A DNA stretch of 62,803 nt, filler included, from Globobulimina sp. (GCA_003354225.1; 42 parts of 42 records of this genome joined end to end with filler, not necessarily neighbours in it), one strand, 5' to 3'. Counted from the first letter of the whole stretch, positions 23,978 to 36,578 are shown. Numbers and translations: made by a program. Notes: generated by a model not told the origin, from the sequence alone.

Positions 23978-25375
23978 TTCTTATCCTCTGATAAATATTG
24001 ACGAGTACTCTCACTCAGTTTGGAAAATTCTTCTTTATTTATCCAGATAATATTTCCAAACTGCCGTATTGATACACAATAATGTTTGAAGAGTTGTTGC
24101 ATATACTCCGGGATTTTCAGATCCGCTTCACGATTAATTACAGAGTTCATCATTTTAATCAACGTTTTTTGGTGTTTATTTTTAAATATTTTGGCGTCGT
24201 GCGTGAAAAAATTGCCTTTGGTGATGTTCTGAAACAAACTCAAACATTTTATAAAGTATTTATTTGAGGTATTCTGATATATAATGTCCTGAAATCCCAG
24301 CTGAGCCTGAAAAAATAGCCTTTCTTGCTCGTTTGGCTGAGGGTGTTTGTCAGTGTCGCTGTGAGTGAATGGCAAATAAATACAGACGTACATAGTCGGA
24401 TAGATCCGAAACATCCAAAAAATGAGAATCCAGCGAGGCAAACTTTGATAATTGAACAATGATTCCTTTGTCCGACGAGAAATTGTACGCAACGGATTTA
24501 TTTACGGTGGTTGACGTCGGACAGTTAAACGCAGCAATCACCGAATCGAACAATAATCGACAACTCAAACCATGATAAAACACTTGTTTTTTGGTTACTG
24601 ACTCGCCATAAAACGTCACCGATTCCCAAAGCAGCTTGCACCAATTTGCAATTTCGCGATTTCTTTTTTTGACGCGATCAATTTTTTGATTATCACGCTC
24701 CAAATATCGACAACCTTTTTTGAACTCCTTCTGCAATTCATCCATGTTCGTGTATAGCATTAAAGTGATGATATGGCCCATTGTTATCATTGTATTTGGC
24801 CGAATGCCACAAATGTTGTTCAAGTTACTTTGTCTGCGAGCAATTAGCAAACGGCCACGGTATGACTGCAAATATTGTTCGCATTTTTTAGATATAGAAT
24901 CGAAGTCAAACTCCGAGATTCTGTACAATGCATTGGACAGTATTTCCTGTTTCAAATCCTTCCATTTAGCTTCCACATAATTGGCATGCGTACTGAACTC
25001 GCGATGATATTTAAACTGAGCACCAAAGCCGTACGAGCTCAACACCGCAGTTTGAACTTCATCGTCTTTCTTTTCATCTGTTTTTTGTTCCTCGTCGGTT
25101 TCCAATTTCTCATTTTCTGCTTTGGCAATTTCAGCCGGAATATGCTGCTTTTTTTCTTCGTTGCACTTGACCTTGATTTCAGTGACAAATTTGCTGGAAC
25201 CAGAGCACGCTGCGGAAGAATGTGGATGCAACAGAGTGCAATGTATCATATCAAATAATTGTTGCACATTTGTTTCGGTAATTTCATCACTTTTCATATT
25301 TAACTGTGCCTCGTCAATAAAGTACAGTTTCCTTCGCAATGTGTCAGACTGTGTGCAATCGTCCCTATCCCGATG
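23978..25375 (-). CDS. ADP-ribosyltransferase-like family protein, partial; intron 24337-24391
   Basis: FYHG, PTSTT, GIIVQL, SDY|PNEQERLF after removing a 55-nt intron. Confidence 0.75.
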
Positions 25376-25475
25376 NNNNNNNNNNNNNNNNNNNNNNNNN
25401 NNNNNNNNNNNNNNNNNNNTTAATTAATTAANNNNNNNNNNNNNNNNNNNNNNNNNNNNNNNNNNNNNNNNNNNN

Positions 25476-25811
25476 GTTGAGAAATCGACATCCCTCAGAC
25501 AATGGCACTTTATCTGGATTTCCGTGCCCTTCGTGTTCCTGTGGGCGGCCATAAAGGGACTCTGGCGCAATCCGAGATTTGCATTTCTCGCACAACTTCT
25601 GATCCTGTATCTCGTTTCGCTGGTGGCGATCTATATTCTATCGCCATGGCGAAATATAGCTATGCACATAAACGTCACTTTTGATCGTGTTACACTTCCA
25701 ATGCTGCCGGTGGTTCTTCTACTCATCCGCGAGTGCCTGGCTCACAGGTCTCAAACTCAAAGGTCTCAAATTGATAGCCCTAAACAAGGAACAGGAATTA
25801 ATCGTGTTTAA
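25476..25811 (+). CDS. Bacterial membrane protein C-terminus
   Basis: Hydrophobic ORF whose stop overlaps the next start (GTGTTTAA). Confidence 0.55.
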   Translation, partial: VEKSTSLRQWHFIWISVPFVFLWAAIKGLWRNPRFAFLAQLLILYLVSLVAIYILSPWRNIAMHINVTFDRVTLPMLPVVLLLIRECLAHRSQTQRSQIDSPKQGTGINRV

Positions 25812-26655
25812 ATTCAGACAAGTTGACACATCACCTGAAGGGATTAGGCAGTGCAGGGAATTTCTTAATGATGTATTTCCAAAGAAATATTCTTATGAAG
25901 CACTGAACTGGATGTATGCAAAAAACCCTGATGTAAAAGCAATTGGATTTAATGCGTATCATAATGACCGGATTGTATCGCATTTTGTCTCGATGCCCAT
26001 AAAGGCAAGGATGTATGGCGAAGAATGCAAAGGAGCACTGTCCCTTAATATAGCAACACATCCTGAATATCAGGGAAAGAAACTTTACGACAAAGTATCA
26101 AATCTCGCCTATGAGTATGCAAATGAAAAGGGTTTTTTGTTTCTCATCGGTGTTGCAAATGCCGCTATTACTCCGATATACATCAACAAACAGAATTACC
26201 AGCTTGTTAAACCACTTGATGTGAAAATCGGCATAGGGAACATCAATGAGATCAATCAAAATTATGATGACTACGAATATAAAAGAATTTGGACAAAAGA
26301 GACACTACAGTGGCGGCTTTCAAACCCGACAATGCAATACAAATTCATTAAAAAAAAGAGTGTGCACTATGCAATAGCCCCAAACCAAAAGCTCGGAATA
26401 GGTGTTTTGCTTGGGAAATATAATGCCGATTTCCTTGCCCCTGACTTTCTTAAAGAGCACCGGGGTATAAATCCCGTTAATATTTGGATGGGAGTCGATC
26501 ACAATATTCGCTGGAAATCTTCTTTATATATGTATTTTCCCGATAAACTAAAGCCTTCGCCCCTGAACCTCATATTCAAGGACCTGGGTAATAGCGGGCT
26601 GCAGTTGAATCCTGAAAAAACCCTCTTCAACAGCATGGATTTTGATGTATACTGA
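25804..26655 (+). CDS. Bacterial GNAT N-acetyltransferase
   Basis: IATHPEYQGKKL acetyl-CoA motif, GVAN, C-terminal DFDVY; GTG start with AGGA upstream; intronless. Confidence 0.85.
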   Translation: MFKFRQVDTSPEGIRQCREFLNDVFPKKYSYEALNWMYAKNPDVKAIGFNAYHNDRIVSHFVSMPIKARMYGEECKGALSLNIATHPEYQGKKLYDKVSNLAYEYANEKGFLFLIGVANAAITPIYINKQNYQLVKPLDVKIGIGNINEINQNYDDYEYKRIWTKETLQWRLSNPTMQYKFIKKKSVHYAIAPNQKLGIGVLLGKYNADFLAPDFLKEHRGINPVNIWMGVDHNIRWKSSLYMYFPDKLKPSPLNLIFKDLGNSGLQLNPEKTLFNSMDFDVY

Positions 26656-26973
26656 TTATTTCATTAGGAATACATTGAGTATTTTAGCGTTAAACCTTCC
26701 TGGCAGAAAAATTTATAATTCCGGAAGGCCCAATAAATAAGTCAATCGGACTGATCAGGGACGCTGTTGCTAAATTAAAGAGCCATCCAAATCCTTCCCG
26801 CCTTATATGGCCGCCTTTTCCCTCATGAGATCGTGACGCGAGACTGACCGCCAGACCTGCCGGATCAAAACCCNNNNNNNNNNNNNNNNNNNNNNNNNNN
26901 NNNNNNNNNNNNNNNNNTTAATTAATTAANNNNNNNNNNNNNNNNNNNNNNNNNNNNNNNNNNNNNNNNNNNN

Positions 26974-28371
26974 ATTTGAAAAATGTTATTTATGTTCGAG
27001 GCGATATGCGTGAATATGTTGATATTGTCGACGTTGATGAAAAACAGCAATCTCTTATTTTACAAGATATTGTTGATACAAATTTGCTATGTAAAGAAAA
27101 TACACATTTCTCGAATTGGATTATTATTCATCCACAACCCGGCTCATTACAGATTGAGTCAATTCTATTGGGATCATACTATAAATCACCAAATCTGACT
27201 TTGGCCATTCCTGACATTAAAATTTTGAGATATTTTATGAAATATATTTTGAAAACATATAAACAGAAGCAATGGTCACGTAATGTACTCATGCAAAGTA
27301 CGCGCAATATACAGACATTTCTGATTAGCGGCGATTTCAATATTAATAATGAGTTATTTTCGCGAATCGACTTTCGTAATTATAGCAAAATGGATCGCCT
27401 TGAATTTGATTGGCTGAATAATATCTTTGATCGTTATCAGATATCTTTGGTTAATACAAAACGAATACCCACGCATTGTAAAGGCAATATATTAGATTTA
27501 CATTTGATTTCTGCTAATTTGCTCTCTGACTTTGATAACTATGTTATTCGGCTTGTTAATAATACTCATTTGCGTACCAAACGTATCTCTGATCATTATG
27601 CGTTATTTACTATTATGAAATTGTCGCATTCTCATCATTGCCCCATTTTGCCTGATGGTGATAAATTGTTTCATGTTAATAATATTAATTATCGTTTCTA
27701 TAGACCGAAATCGTTGGATTTATATCGATTTCAATGTATAAAATTATTACAGAAATTGCAGCAACGAATGGATGATATTCAGTGTGGTTCGCAGTCGATA
27801 ATTGATGATATTTCTCATGATTTCTATTGTATAATACACAAAACAGCCACAAAGTACATAGGTAAAGTCCGCCATAATAAATATAAATACCGCCAACTTT
27901 GGTGTACAAATGAGATCATTGATAAAAGTGAGGCGCTGAAGACAACCAAACGTGATTGGTTGGCATGTAATGATCCCATTGAGAGACAAATCAAACATAT
28001 ACTATATAAAACACAGAAAAATAGGTTGAAGAATTTATGTTTGCGTGCAAAGAAAAGAAAATTAACGGAAAATATTAATCTTACCATTGATGGTAACCGT
28101 GATATCTATAAATCGATGCGTTATCTTCGGAAGATTGGCCATGTATTGCCACGAAAACATTATATTCCGTATATAATTGATACAAATCCGAATCGGTTTA
28201 TCCATGAACATCACACCAAAGCTAATCTATTTGCGCATAAATTTTGCCATCGTACATTATCTGATGTCCAATACCAATCACTGCGGACTTTGAAATTTAA
28301 GAATATTCCGTACTTTGATGACATTTATGAATGTACTGATGTAATGAAGAATATTTCAACCCATCTTCTTG
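26974..28371 (+). mobile_element. Non-LTR (LINE) ORF2 AP-endonuclease region
   Basis: GSYYKSP, GDFN, PTH...ILDL, SDH, then WCT and KANLFA linker typical before the RT domain. Confidence 0.9.
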
Positions 28372-28701
28372 NNNNNNNNNNNNNNNNNNNNNNNNNNNNN
28401 NNNNNNNNNNNNNNNTTAATTAATTAANNNNNNNNNNNNNNNNNNNNNNNNNNNNNNNNNNNNNNNNNNNNCAAATGAAGAGCGGAATACAATTGCATAT
28501 AAAAACAAAGCGAAAACTGAGAGTGCCATTACTAAATACATTGGGATCAAATAAATCGCGGGTAAAAATTATTTCCGTTGGATTGAATATACGATATGGT
28601 TAATATCAACGTTATTTGGTGTGACAGATATTGCAATATCTAATGCAACAATGAATAATACCTTCCTAAAGTTTGCTGTTGACGTCTCGGTCGAAACAAT
28701 G

Positions 28702-28784
28702 ACCTTTGAGAACAGGAAGTGATTTGAGTTTTGTAAATTAATTAAAGAAAACATGAAGTTCACACTAAGAAATAGAAATCACTC
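28702..28784 (+). repeat. Dispersed ~82-nt repeat; second copy at 40211-40292
   Basis: Shared ACCTTTGA.AACA, TTTGAGTTTTGTAAATTAATTAA and ACACTAAG.AATAGAAA blocks. Confidence 0.8.
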
Positions 28785-28881
28785 TGTCACTGATGTTGTT
28801 CACTTAAGTAAAAAACTCGTACCCGACACTACGAAATCATCGTCGAGGTGACTCAACTATTACTAATATCCATAAAAACAA

Positions 28882-29606
28882 ATGTCTCAATTAGGTTTTG
28901 GAAATTCATTTGGATTTATTGGCAAAGACTATGCATTAGTTGCTAGTGATTGCTCCGTGCCACGTTCTATTGTTACAATGAAATCATATGATGACAAAAT
29001 ACATAAAGTTGCACCACAGACATTATTTGCTTTAACAGGAGATGTTGGAGATAGGTATTTTTATATATATTAATAATGTGCTAACGCAAAATCGCAATTT
29101 TTAATACAATCAGAAAAAATTTTGGCGAATTTATTGAACGTAACATCAAATGGTATGAGATGCGTAATAGCCGTACATTGGATAACGAGGGAATAGCGAG
29201 TTTAACACGGAATACATTGGCAAGAGCACTTCGAAGAAATCCTTATGTTGTATGGGTGATTCAGGCCGGCTTTGATTCAGAAAAAGGTCCCTCATTATAT
29301 TGGATGGATTATTTTGGATCTTTAGCGAAACCCACTGCCACTGCGCAAGGATTATGTTCCTATTTTTTACTCTCATTATTTGATCGTCATTGGAAAAAAG
29401 ATATGGATTTAGATGACGGATTACAATTAGTTGAAATGTGCATTAATCAGTTATCAAAAAGATATGTTATCAAAACATCTGCATTTATTGTTAAGATTGT
29501 TGATAAAGATGGTATTCGGCAAATTGATTTATCAAAACGTATTACTATCGATAAGAAAGAAGTTGATCCCGATGCTCCAAAAACTGTCACTGGAATGCCG
29601 CAATAA
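28882..29606 (+). CDS. PSMB2: 20S proteasome subunit beta type-2 (beta4); intron 29055-29113
   Basis: DKI, GDVGDR, LRRNPY, GPSLYWMDYFG, SLFDRHW, FIVKIVDKDG. Confidence 0.93.
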
Positions 29607-29719
29607 ACTTGTCTTGTTTTAATATATCTGACTCGCAAATGCTTTTAAACTTGATTTGGTTCGCAAATGAAATGACTGCCTCAGAAATTGATGTTTTTTT
29701 TTTGACGAATTAATAGTTG

Positions 29720-29869
29720 ATGGCTGAAGTAAAAGAACCTGGCACTGTGCAATCAAATGATTTTGAAAATGCTGACAAAAAGCAGAACGAAAAGGCAATA
29801 AAAATATTGTTTCTCGATATAGATGGTGTATTGAATGGATCTAAAGACTTGGAAGAAGATAAAGATCCG
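29720..29869 (+). CDS. HAD-domain protein (Swiss Army Knife-like HAD), partial
   Basis: KILFLDIDGVLN. Confidence 0.7.
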
Positions 29870-30548
29870 NNNNNNNNNNNNNNNNNNNNNNNNNNNNNNN
29901 NNNNNNNNNNNNNTTAATTAATTAANNNNNNNNNNNNNNNNNNNNNNNNNNNNNNNNNNNNNNNNNNNNGTACAGATAATGTCAGATATAAGTACAGATT
30001 TAATAAGTACAAATATAGATACAGATTAATATCTGTATGTATATAATCCAATGAAATGTATCATTTAAATTATTTTAATAATGTAATCCTTATTGGATAT
30101 TTAATTATAAAATAAAAGGGGGGAAACATGGCCATGTTATTTTTTTTAAAATATATATATATAGAAAATTTGTAAGGATGTAAACGTATTACAGCTGTTT
30201 ACCTGTTTGTTATTTACTCCTTTTTAAAGAGTCAATGTAATTGAAATAAGAATTGCAAATTCTAATTGAAATGAAATTGTCTTTGTCTTTCGCTAGTTTG
30301 ATAGGTAACACCCTCCAATTGTAATGTTCTCTGTGGTTTTCTAGATCTAGTTAGTTAGGAAGTGGTTAGGAAGTTTTTAAGTAAAGATCAAAACATTAAA
30401 AAAACATTTAAACAATGGGTTCATAGCTAGTAAAGTAAATCAATGTATTACAAAGGTGCAGTGCGATCACAGATGTTTCAGCAATAAAATAGTAAATCAC
30501 GTATTATTGGCATAGCAGAATACAAAATAATGAACAGTTAAATAATAA

Positions 30549-31367
30549 TTATGTTTGTGTCAATATTTGAATGTGATTCCATAGACTACATAGATCGCTA
30601 TAATTTACAACACCAAAAAAATTACTCAAATCCGTTTTTTCCATAATTAAGAAATCAATTCCTTTAATTTCTCTATATTTCATTTTCTTGAATAATGTAT
30701 TTTTATATTTCTCAAATTTTCCATCTTCTAAACCAACAAAATATTCTACGATTTCAAAATATGACCAATTCCTCCAATCTTTATTTACAACCAATTCTTT
30801 ATTGCATTTTTCTTGCAACTCTCGATCAATATCAATATCAATATCAATAATTTCTTTATTTTCATCACCATCCCTTTGCTCTTTATTTACTATTATCATT
30901 TTTAACTCATTTATATCTGTTTGTAAATCGGATATCATTTCAATCACTTTGCATAAATCATAATCATTCTTATCCGTTTCCGGCATTTTATCAGTTTGCA
31001 CCATAAACTTTTCATCATCTTCGAGTTGATTATATTCATCGAAAGTTTCCATTTTATTTTCTAAAAACTGAATAATTTGATTTGGTTTTACCTGTTTAGA
31101 TTTTGCATATTCGATTGCATTCAATCCATTATATTTCTCCTTCCATTTCAAATAAATAACTTTAGAATTTATCATCAAATTCAATTCAATTATTTTCAAT
31201 GACTCATCCTCATCAATGACACCACGTAAATAATATTGCAAATCAAGATAACCATTTCCATTCTTATCATTTACATCGATATTCCCTTTGATATACTTAA
31301 TTAACTCCAATATCACATAATTACTTTTGCCAAACCTGTTTTTTGTCACTAACTCAACCATAACACC
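30549..31367 (-). CDS. Ankyrin-like, coiled-coil and C-terminal SAM-domain protein, partial
   Basis: WRNWS..EIVEYF...FEKY...IKGIDF...DL...GV SAM pattern; GLNAIEYA. Confidence 0.65.
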   Translation of the reverse strand, partial: GVMVELVTKNRFGKSNYVILELIKYIKGNIDVNDKNGNGYLDLQYYLRGVIDEDESLKIIELNLMINSKVIYLKWKEKYNGLNAIEYAKSKQVKPNQIIQFLENKMETFDEYNQLEDDEKFMVQTDKMPETDKNDYDLCKVIEMISDLQTDINELKMIIVNKEQRDGDENKEIIDIDIDIDRELQEKCNKELVVNKDWRNWSYFEIVEYFVGLEDGKFEKYKNTLFKKMKYREIKGIDFLIMEKTDLSNFFGVVNYSDLCSLWNHIQILTQT

Positions 31368-31627
31368 NNNNNNNNNNNNNNNNNNNNNNNNNNNNNNNNN
31401 NNNNNNNNNNNTTAATTAATTAANNNNNNNNNNNNNNNNNNNNNNNNNNNNNNNNNNNNNNNNNNNNGAATGGATAATGCTTTCTTTTTTTTCAAACTTT
31501 GCAGATCTTTTGAAGGAGCCTCATCATTCTCAAAGTTACCTGTGCATTGAATGTTGCCCATGTTTGTGGCAAAACAGACGTTTTTAAATATATCTGAGGG
31601 TATAGCCTTAGCAAAAAGCTGCAAACA

Positions 31628-32581
31628 ATGGTTACCTTCTTTACACTCTTGATTACAATATGTATTTGCAATGGCAAATCGTTCGGATTTAATGTAGATT
31701 CCAATTGTCCAACAGTCGAAACGCACAAAGCCAGATTGCAGAAACTATATAATGATGCTGATCCGACTGATTTTGCGGATTCGTTGTCTGATGATGCATT
31801 TATGTATTGCCAAAACTCTGGGACTGACTGTAAAACTAAAACAGAATTCTTGGCGTTATTAATGGGATACGGTGCTCTCGTTTCTTTTTACGACCTCTCA
31901 TATTCGAATATAAAAATTGGTACAAATTTCACTCAGTCCGACATCGTTATTTTCTTCACTGTGGAAAATGGTGGATGTACCTATGGCATAAATGGTGCGT
32001 TTAATCTCTTTTGCGATGCAAATGGGAAAATCATTCAAGATCAGGATTTTTTGAACGAAGAAGAAGTAGCAACAACGCTTTACAATGCAGTTCGTGCGGA
32101 TGGATGTGTCCCGCCACAGTCAGATGAGTCAGATCAGTTTAGTTTGATTTGCAAATATTCTCTGTGTGTTTCTCACAAAACGTATATATTTTATAGTGAC
32201 TCAGACAGTGATAGTAACGGCGACGGCAATAGCGATTCCTCGGAAGATCCAGATGACAGAGCGAGTAATTCGAATGATGGCAGTGACGAACACGATGAAT
32301 GGAATAAAAATAATAAAGGTGGCAACGCTGCAGTCAATTCAGAAGAAGCTGGGAATGAATCGTTGTTAATATCAGATACAAATCAATCATCGACGGCGCA
32401 AATTGAAAACATATTCATTTTAATCATTTTATTTTTAATATTTGTCGCGAATGCAACGTTGGTGTATTTATATTGGCATTTTAACGCAAAGAAAACAAAC
32501 GTATCCTCAGATAAATATAAATATAAATATAAAATACAAAATGTTTCTGTGGATGATGTCGACGGTGATATGGATTGTTGA
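31628..32581 (+). CDS. Type I membrane protein with NTF2/SnoaL-like ectodomain
   Basis: Signal peptide, NTF2-like pattern (D.NGKI), D/S-rich stalk, TM helix; probable intron near 32137-32196. Confidence 0.55.
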   Translation: MVTFFTLLITICICNGKSFGFNVDSNCPTVETHKARLQKLYNDADPTDFADSLSDDAFMYCQNSGTDCKTKTEFLALLMGYGALVSFYDLSYSNIKIGTNFTQSDIVIFFTVENGGCTYGINGAFNLFCDANGKIIQDQDFLNEEEVATTLYNAVRADGCVPPQSDESDQFSLICKYSLCVSHKTYIFYSDSDSDSNGDGNSDSSEDPDDRASNSNDGSDEHDEWNKNNKGGNAAVNSEEAGNESLLISDTNQSSTAQIENIFILIILFLIFVANATLVYLYWHFNAKKTNVSSDKYKYKYKIQNVSVDDVDGDMDC

Positions 32582-32965
32582 TCATGTCACAATATTTATT
32601 TCTATTTATAATGTCATTTCTATTTATAATTTTATATTTTTTTTCTCTTTAGTTTTTATGTTTTTTCATTATTATAAGTTTGCATTGTAGAGACCCGATC
32701 GTATAAAGTGTCAAAAAATGCAAACGTGTTATTATTTTTATTTTTTTTCCCCTTAATTTTAAATTGAGTAATTCTATAAAATACAGGTGTTGAAAATGCA
32801 TGAAATTTCAATTGATTTCTTAGTATTTTGAAGAATCAAAAAAAACGTACAATCAAAAAACTGTANNNNNNNNNNNNNNNNNNNNNNNNNNNNNNNNNNN
32901 NNNNNNNNNTTAATTAATTAANNNNNNNNNNNNNNNNNNNNNNNNNNNNNNNNNNNNNNNNNNNN

Positions 32966-34363
32966 GTGAATTCCATATTTTATAAGCTCTGTGCCAATCT
33001 GGATGGAGGCGCTATTCATTGCTATGGTGGAGCTGGCATATCCAGCATAGAACCAATTATTAGAAATGTTATGTTTGTTGGGAATCGTGCGGTGTATGAC
33101 GGCGGGGCAATTTATGCGACTGCGGAATGTAATTTTGACTGTAAATGGTGTGATTTTGCGCAGAATTCAGTGTCGCGCAGAGGCGGCGCAGTATTTTTAA
33201 ATTATAACAGCGATGTTTATTTTGAAAGTTCGCGATTTACAAACAACTATGCTTTGGATTCCGGCGGTTGTGTGGCGGTGCAAGAATTATCCAATGCTAC
33301 TTTTTATTGTGGAAAGTTTTTCAACAATTCGGCGCGATGGGAAGGCGGCTGTTTGTATGCCGGGCCTGGAAAAGATATACAAATTCATGATGCGGAACAT
33401 TTTCAAGGCTTTATTGTGTACGGCGACTCGTTCGAGTCTATATTTGACGGTAATTATTTAGTGAATCATGGCTATTATGATAAAGGTCAGCCTGATGTAT
33501 ATTTGTGGCCATTTACAGATTTTATATGGGAAACTGTAGATTGCGGAGGGTCTGGGGCCAAACCAACGGAACGACCCACATTGCCACCATCTGAACCTGT
33601 GCCATTGGTCTGTGACGGTGAAGCGAGAGCGGGTTTGTATGCCAACCAAGCTGTAGAGCTTGGCTTTAATTTAGATGTTGATAGGGGGACAGTGATAATT
33701 AGTTCGTGTCTGTCCAACTTTGAGACCTTATTAGAATTGCTTGATAACAATGGCAATGTCATAGCAGGCTCCATAGGTTGTGAGCTGTTGATTAGTGACT
33801 TAACTGCCGGGCAATATGTAATTAGAATTACTTCCGCCATACCAATATCAAATGGTATCTACCATGTATTCGTGTCATGCCCTGGTACCGATGTACCAGA
33901 GACAACTGGCACACCGGAAGTCATTTATGCGACCTGCGAAGATGTAAAATCAGGTGCATTTAATGGGGATGGTATAGAATTTGAATTTATTCAACCGGTG
34001 GCACGTACAACAACAGTGGTATTTAGTACCTGTAGATCAACGTTTGATACATATTTAATTCTACGCGAGAAGGATACCGGTGCAGTGATCCATGAGTGTG
34101 ATAACTGTGGCTTTGATTTTCTAGCCGGTGATTGTGGTTTTTGTTGTAATGGTGAAGCTCCGCAAGCATCTGAGATCGAGAAAATATTGAAGGAAGGGCG
34201 GTATTTAGTGACCTTCACCAGCGTCAATTCGGCACAACAAGCAGGACGCTATGTGGTTGAATTTATATGTTCGCCCATCACACCAGAACCAACTCGACCA
34301 AGTCGTGCGCCAACACCCAACACAGAATCGCCAACACCCAATAAAGAATCACCAACTCCCAAT
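32966..34363 (+). CDS. Surface protein with PMP/pectin-lyase-like GGA repeats, PPC-like domains and PT repeats, partial
   Basis: FxxNxAxxGGAI repeats; STC.S.FDTYL...G.Y domains twice; SPTPN repeats. Confidence 0.75.
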
Positions 34364-34463
34364 NNNNNNNNNNNNNNNNNNNNNNNNNNNNNNNNNNNNN
34401 NNNNNNNTTAATTAATTAANNNNNNNNNNNNNNNNNNNNNNNNNNNNNNNNNNNNNNNNNNNN

Positions 34464-35861
34464 GCCGCATAGTTCGACAAGAATATCTGTTGTAATTGAT
34501 AGTAATTGCAATATAATAATATACTGCAGATATGGTTGATTTTGATCGGCGTATATTCATAGATGCCATACTTATCCACCATTGATTCAACCATCGATTG
34601 TATAGCTCCGTTGCCATTATCATCGTCATCGCCTAACCAATCATACGATAAATATTGCGATGCGTTATCACTTTCGCTCAAACACGCTGCAGATTCGTAT
34701 AAATCATTCCATTGCTGCATGGATATACAGCATAAAGTATTCGATGTCATTTCCTCTTTTAAATTTTCATATTGTTTAGTTACATACCACTCATTTTCTT
34801 TGCATTCGTCCCAATATAATAACTCTACAAAACCAAACTCAAAGTATTCACTTTCCGTTTTTTCATCAGTCTTAAAATTGACATCTAAACGATTGAAATT
34901 GGGGGGAATCTCCACAAAACCTGCAAATCCATCATCCTCTGCATCCTTTTCGTCCTCTGGTTGCTGTGTTTCTTTTTCTTTTTCTTCTTTTGTGTCTTGT
35001 TTGCGTTCCCCATTAACATCAATCATAAATTTTCTCTGTCTCTCATTGATTCTGAATATCTGCTTTGCGTCGGAGATCCACGCTTTTTTTGCTTTTAACA
35101 TTTTATTCGATGTCACTAATTTATCCGTCTCGTCATAGTCTTTGATCCGCGCCCATTCGAAGGGTTGCAACATTAATACATCATAACTGTACAGGATATA
35201 TGAATATATTCTATCCAATAGACACTGCGCATTGATTTCTTTCACATCGTCGCAACCATTAAATAACATATTCCTCTGTGCATTATACTGAATATAAAAT
35301 AATTTATCTCTCATATTCCGCATTAATAGCAATGAATGTTGCGGCGGAATGGCTGGTTTCTCAGTGTCTTTGCCGAGGATATATCTATAAATCTCCACAA
35401 ACGTTTGTCTGTTACCGGCAAAACTTTGCAATAAGAAATTAAAATCATTTAATAAGTGCTTATTGGAATAATCCTTCAAATCATTATTCAATATCTCCCA
35501 AATCCCTTTCGATTTGCTGCTGCCCGCTGCTTTAAAGCCAGTGCTAATCTTATTCTGTAGTTTGGGGGAAAGCGAGAGAGGGCTGCTTTCATATTCAAAT
35601 TGTTTATTAGAACTACACCATTTCGCATAAATATCCAATATATATTTGATGCGTTGCTTCGTTTTATCCATATTTTGAACAATATCCACAAATAATGCTG
35701 CATTGGCGTCATAATTTATAGTTTTTTTGCCTTCATCTAACATTTTTAACCATTCCTGTCGTTTTTGTTCACTGTCAGCGTTTAGGCACCACACTCGATC
35801 CGTTGTTTGTAGGTTGACTATGAAATTCCCATATGGCGGTACCGGAGAACATTCTCTGATC
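34464..35861 (-). CDS. PH domain plus N-terminal region of ART-like family protein, partial
   Basis: RVWCLNADSEQKRQEWLKML (PH C-helix); YENLKEEM.SN...KYGI...HICSILLYCN aligns with the other ART-like members. Confidence 0.65.
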
Positions 35862-35962
35862 NNNNNNNNNNNNNNNNNNNNNNNNNNNNNNNNNNNNNNN
35901 NNNNNTTAATTAATTAANNNNNNNNNNNNNNNNNNNNNNNNNNNNNNNNNNNNNNNNNNNNT

Positions 35963-36508
35963 ACCGTCGAGCCCGGTCACTACTCGAAGATCGATTATTT
36001 GTTGATGAGACTGGACGACGAGGCCCCTCGTGGTCTAAGCTTCGAAAAGAGACTTTTGGATAAGAAGCAGCGAGTGCGCATGAAGATTGGTCGAGAGATG
36101 AGAGTAAAATTCTCGCAAAAGTTGGCGAATATATTGGGTTTCGATCCGTATCAAGAATATGACAAGGGAACTCATGACGCGGAGCGTGTGTGCGATATAT
36201 ATGCTCAATTTCGACCCCTCTACCTTTGCAGTCGTTGTTTGACCGATCCTTGCTGGACCCCCGTCGGAGAACTGCCGTTGTTGCGTCAAATAAATGTACC
36301 CGATCCGAGCACATTGGAAGACAATGGACGTCAGACAACCATCTTTTTTGACAACAAGCGATGGGTAGACGTGCCTGGTAGGCGCTTGCATGCTGTCGAT
36401 TTCTACTTCCTCTGCGCCGACATGAAGATGCCGCTGCAGTTGCTGCGAAATAGTGGAGGCTGCGTTATAGACATCGAGTTGGAACGTGATCAGTTATGTT
36501 TTGTGTAA
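35963..36508 (+). CDS. Polinton/adintovirus minor capsid (penton) protein, 5'-truncated
   Basis: PGHY, LANILGF, LYL, PLLR.I motifs; position upstream of the major capsid gene. Confidence 0.75.
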   Translation, partial: TVEPGHYSKIDYLLMRLDDEAPRGLSFEKRLLDKKQRVRMKIGREMRVKFSQKLANILGFDPYQEYDKGTHDAERVCDIYAQFRPLYLCSRCLTDPCWTPVGELPLLRQINVPDPSTLEDNGRQTTIFFDNKRWVDVPGRRLHAVDFYFLCADMKMPLQLLRNSGGCVIDIELERDQLCFV

Positions 36509-36578
36509 ACACTTCATTGCCTATATATGTGTGCGTGAATAAAGGTGATGACTCGTATACCTCTCTGTCTTTTGTGTT

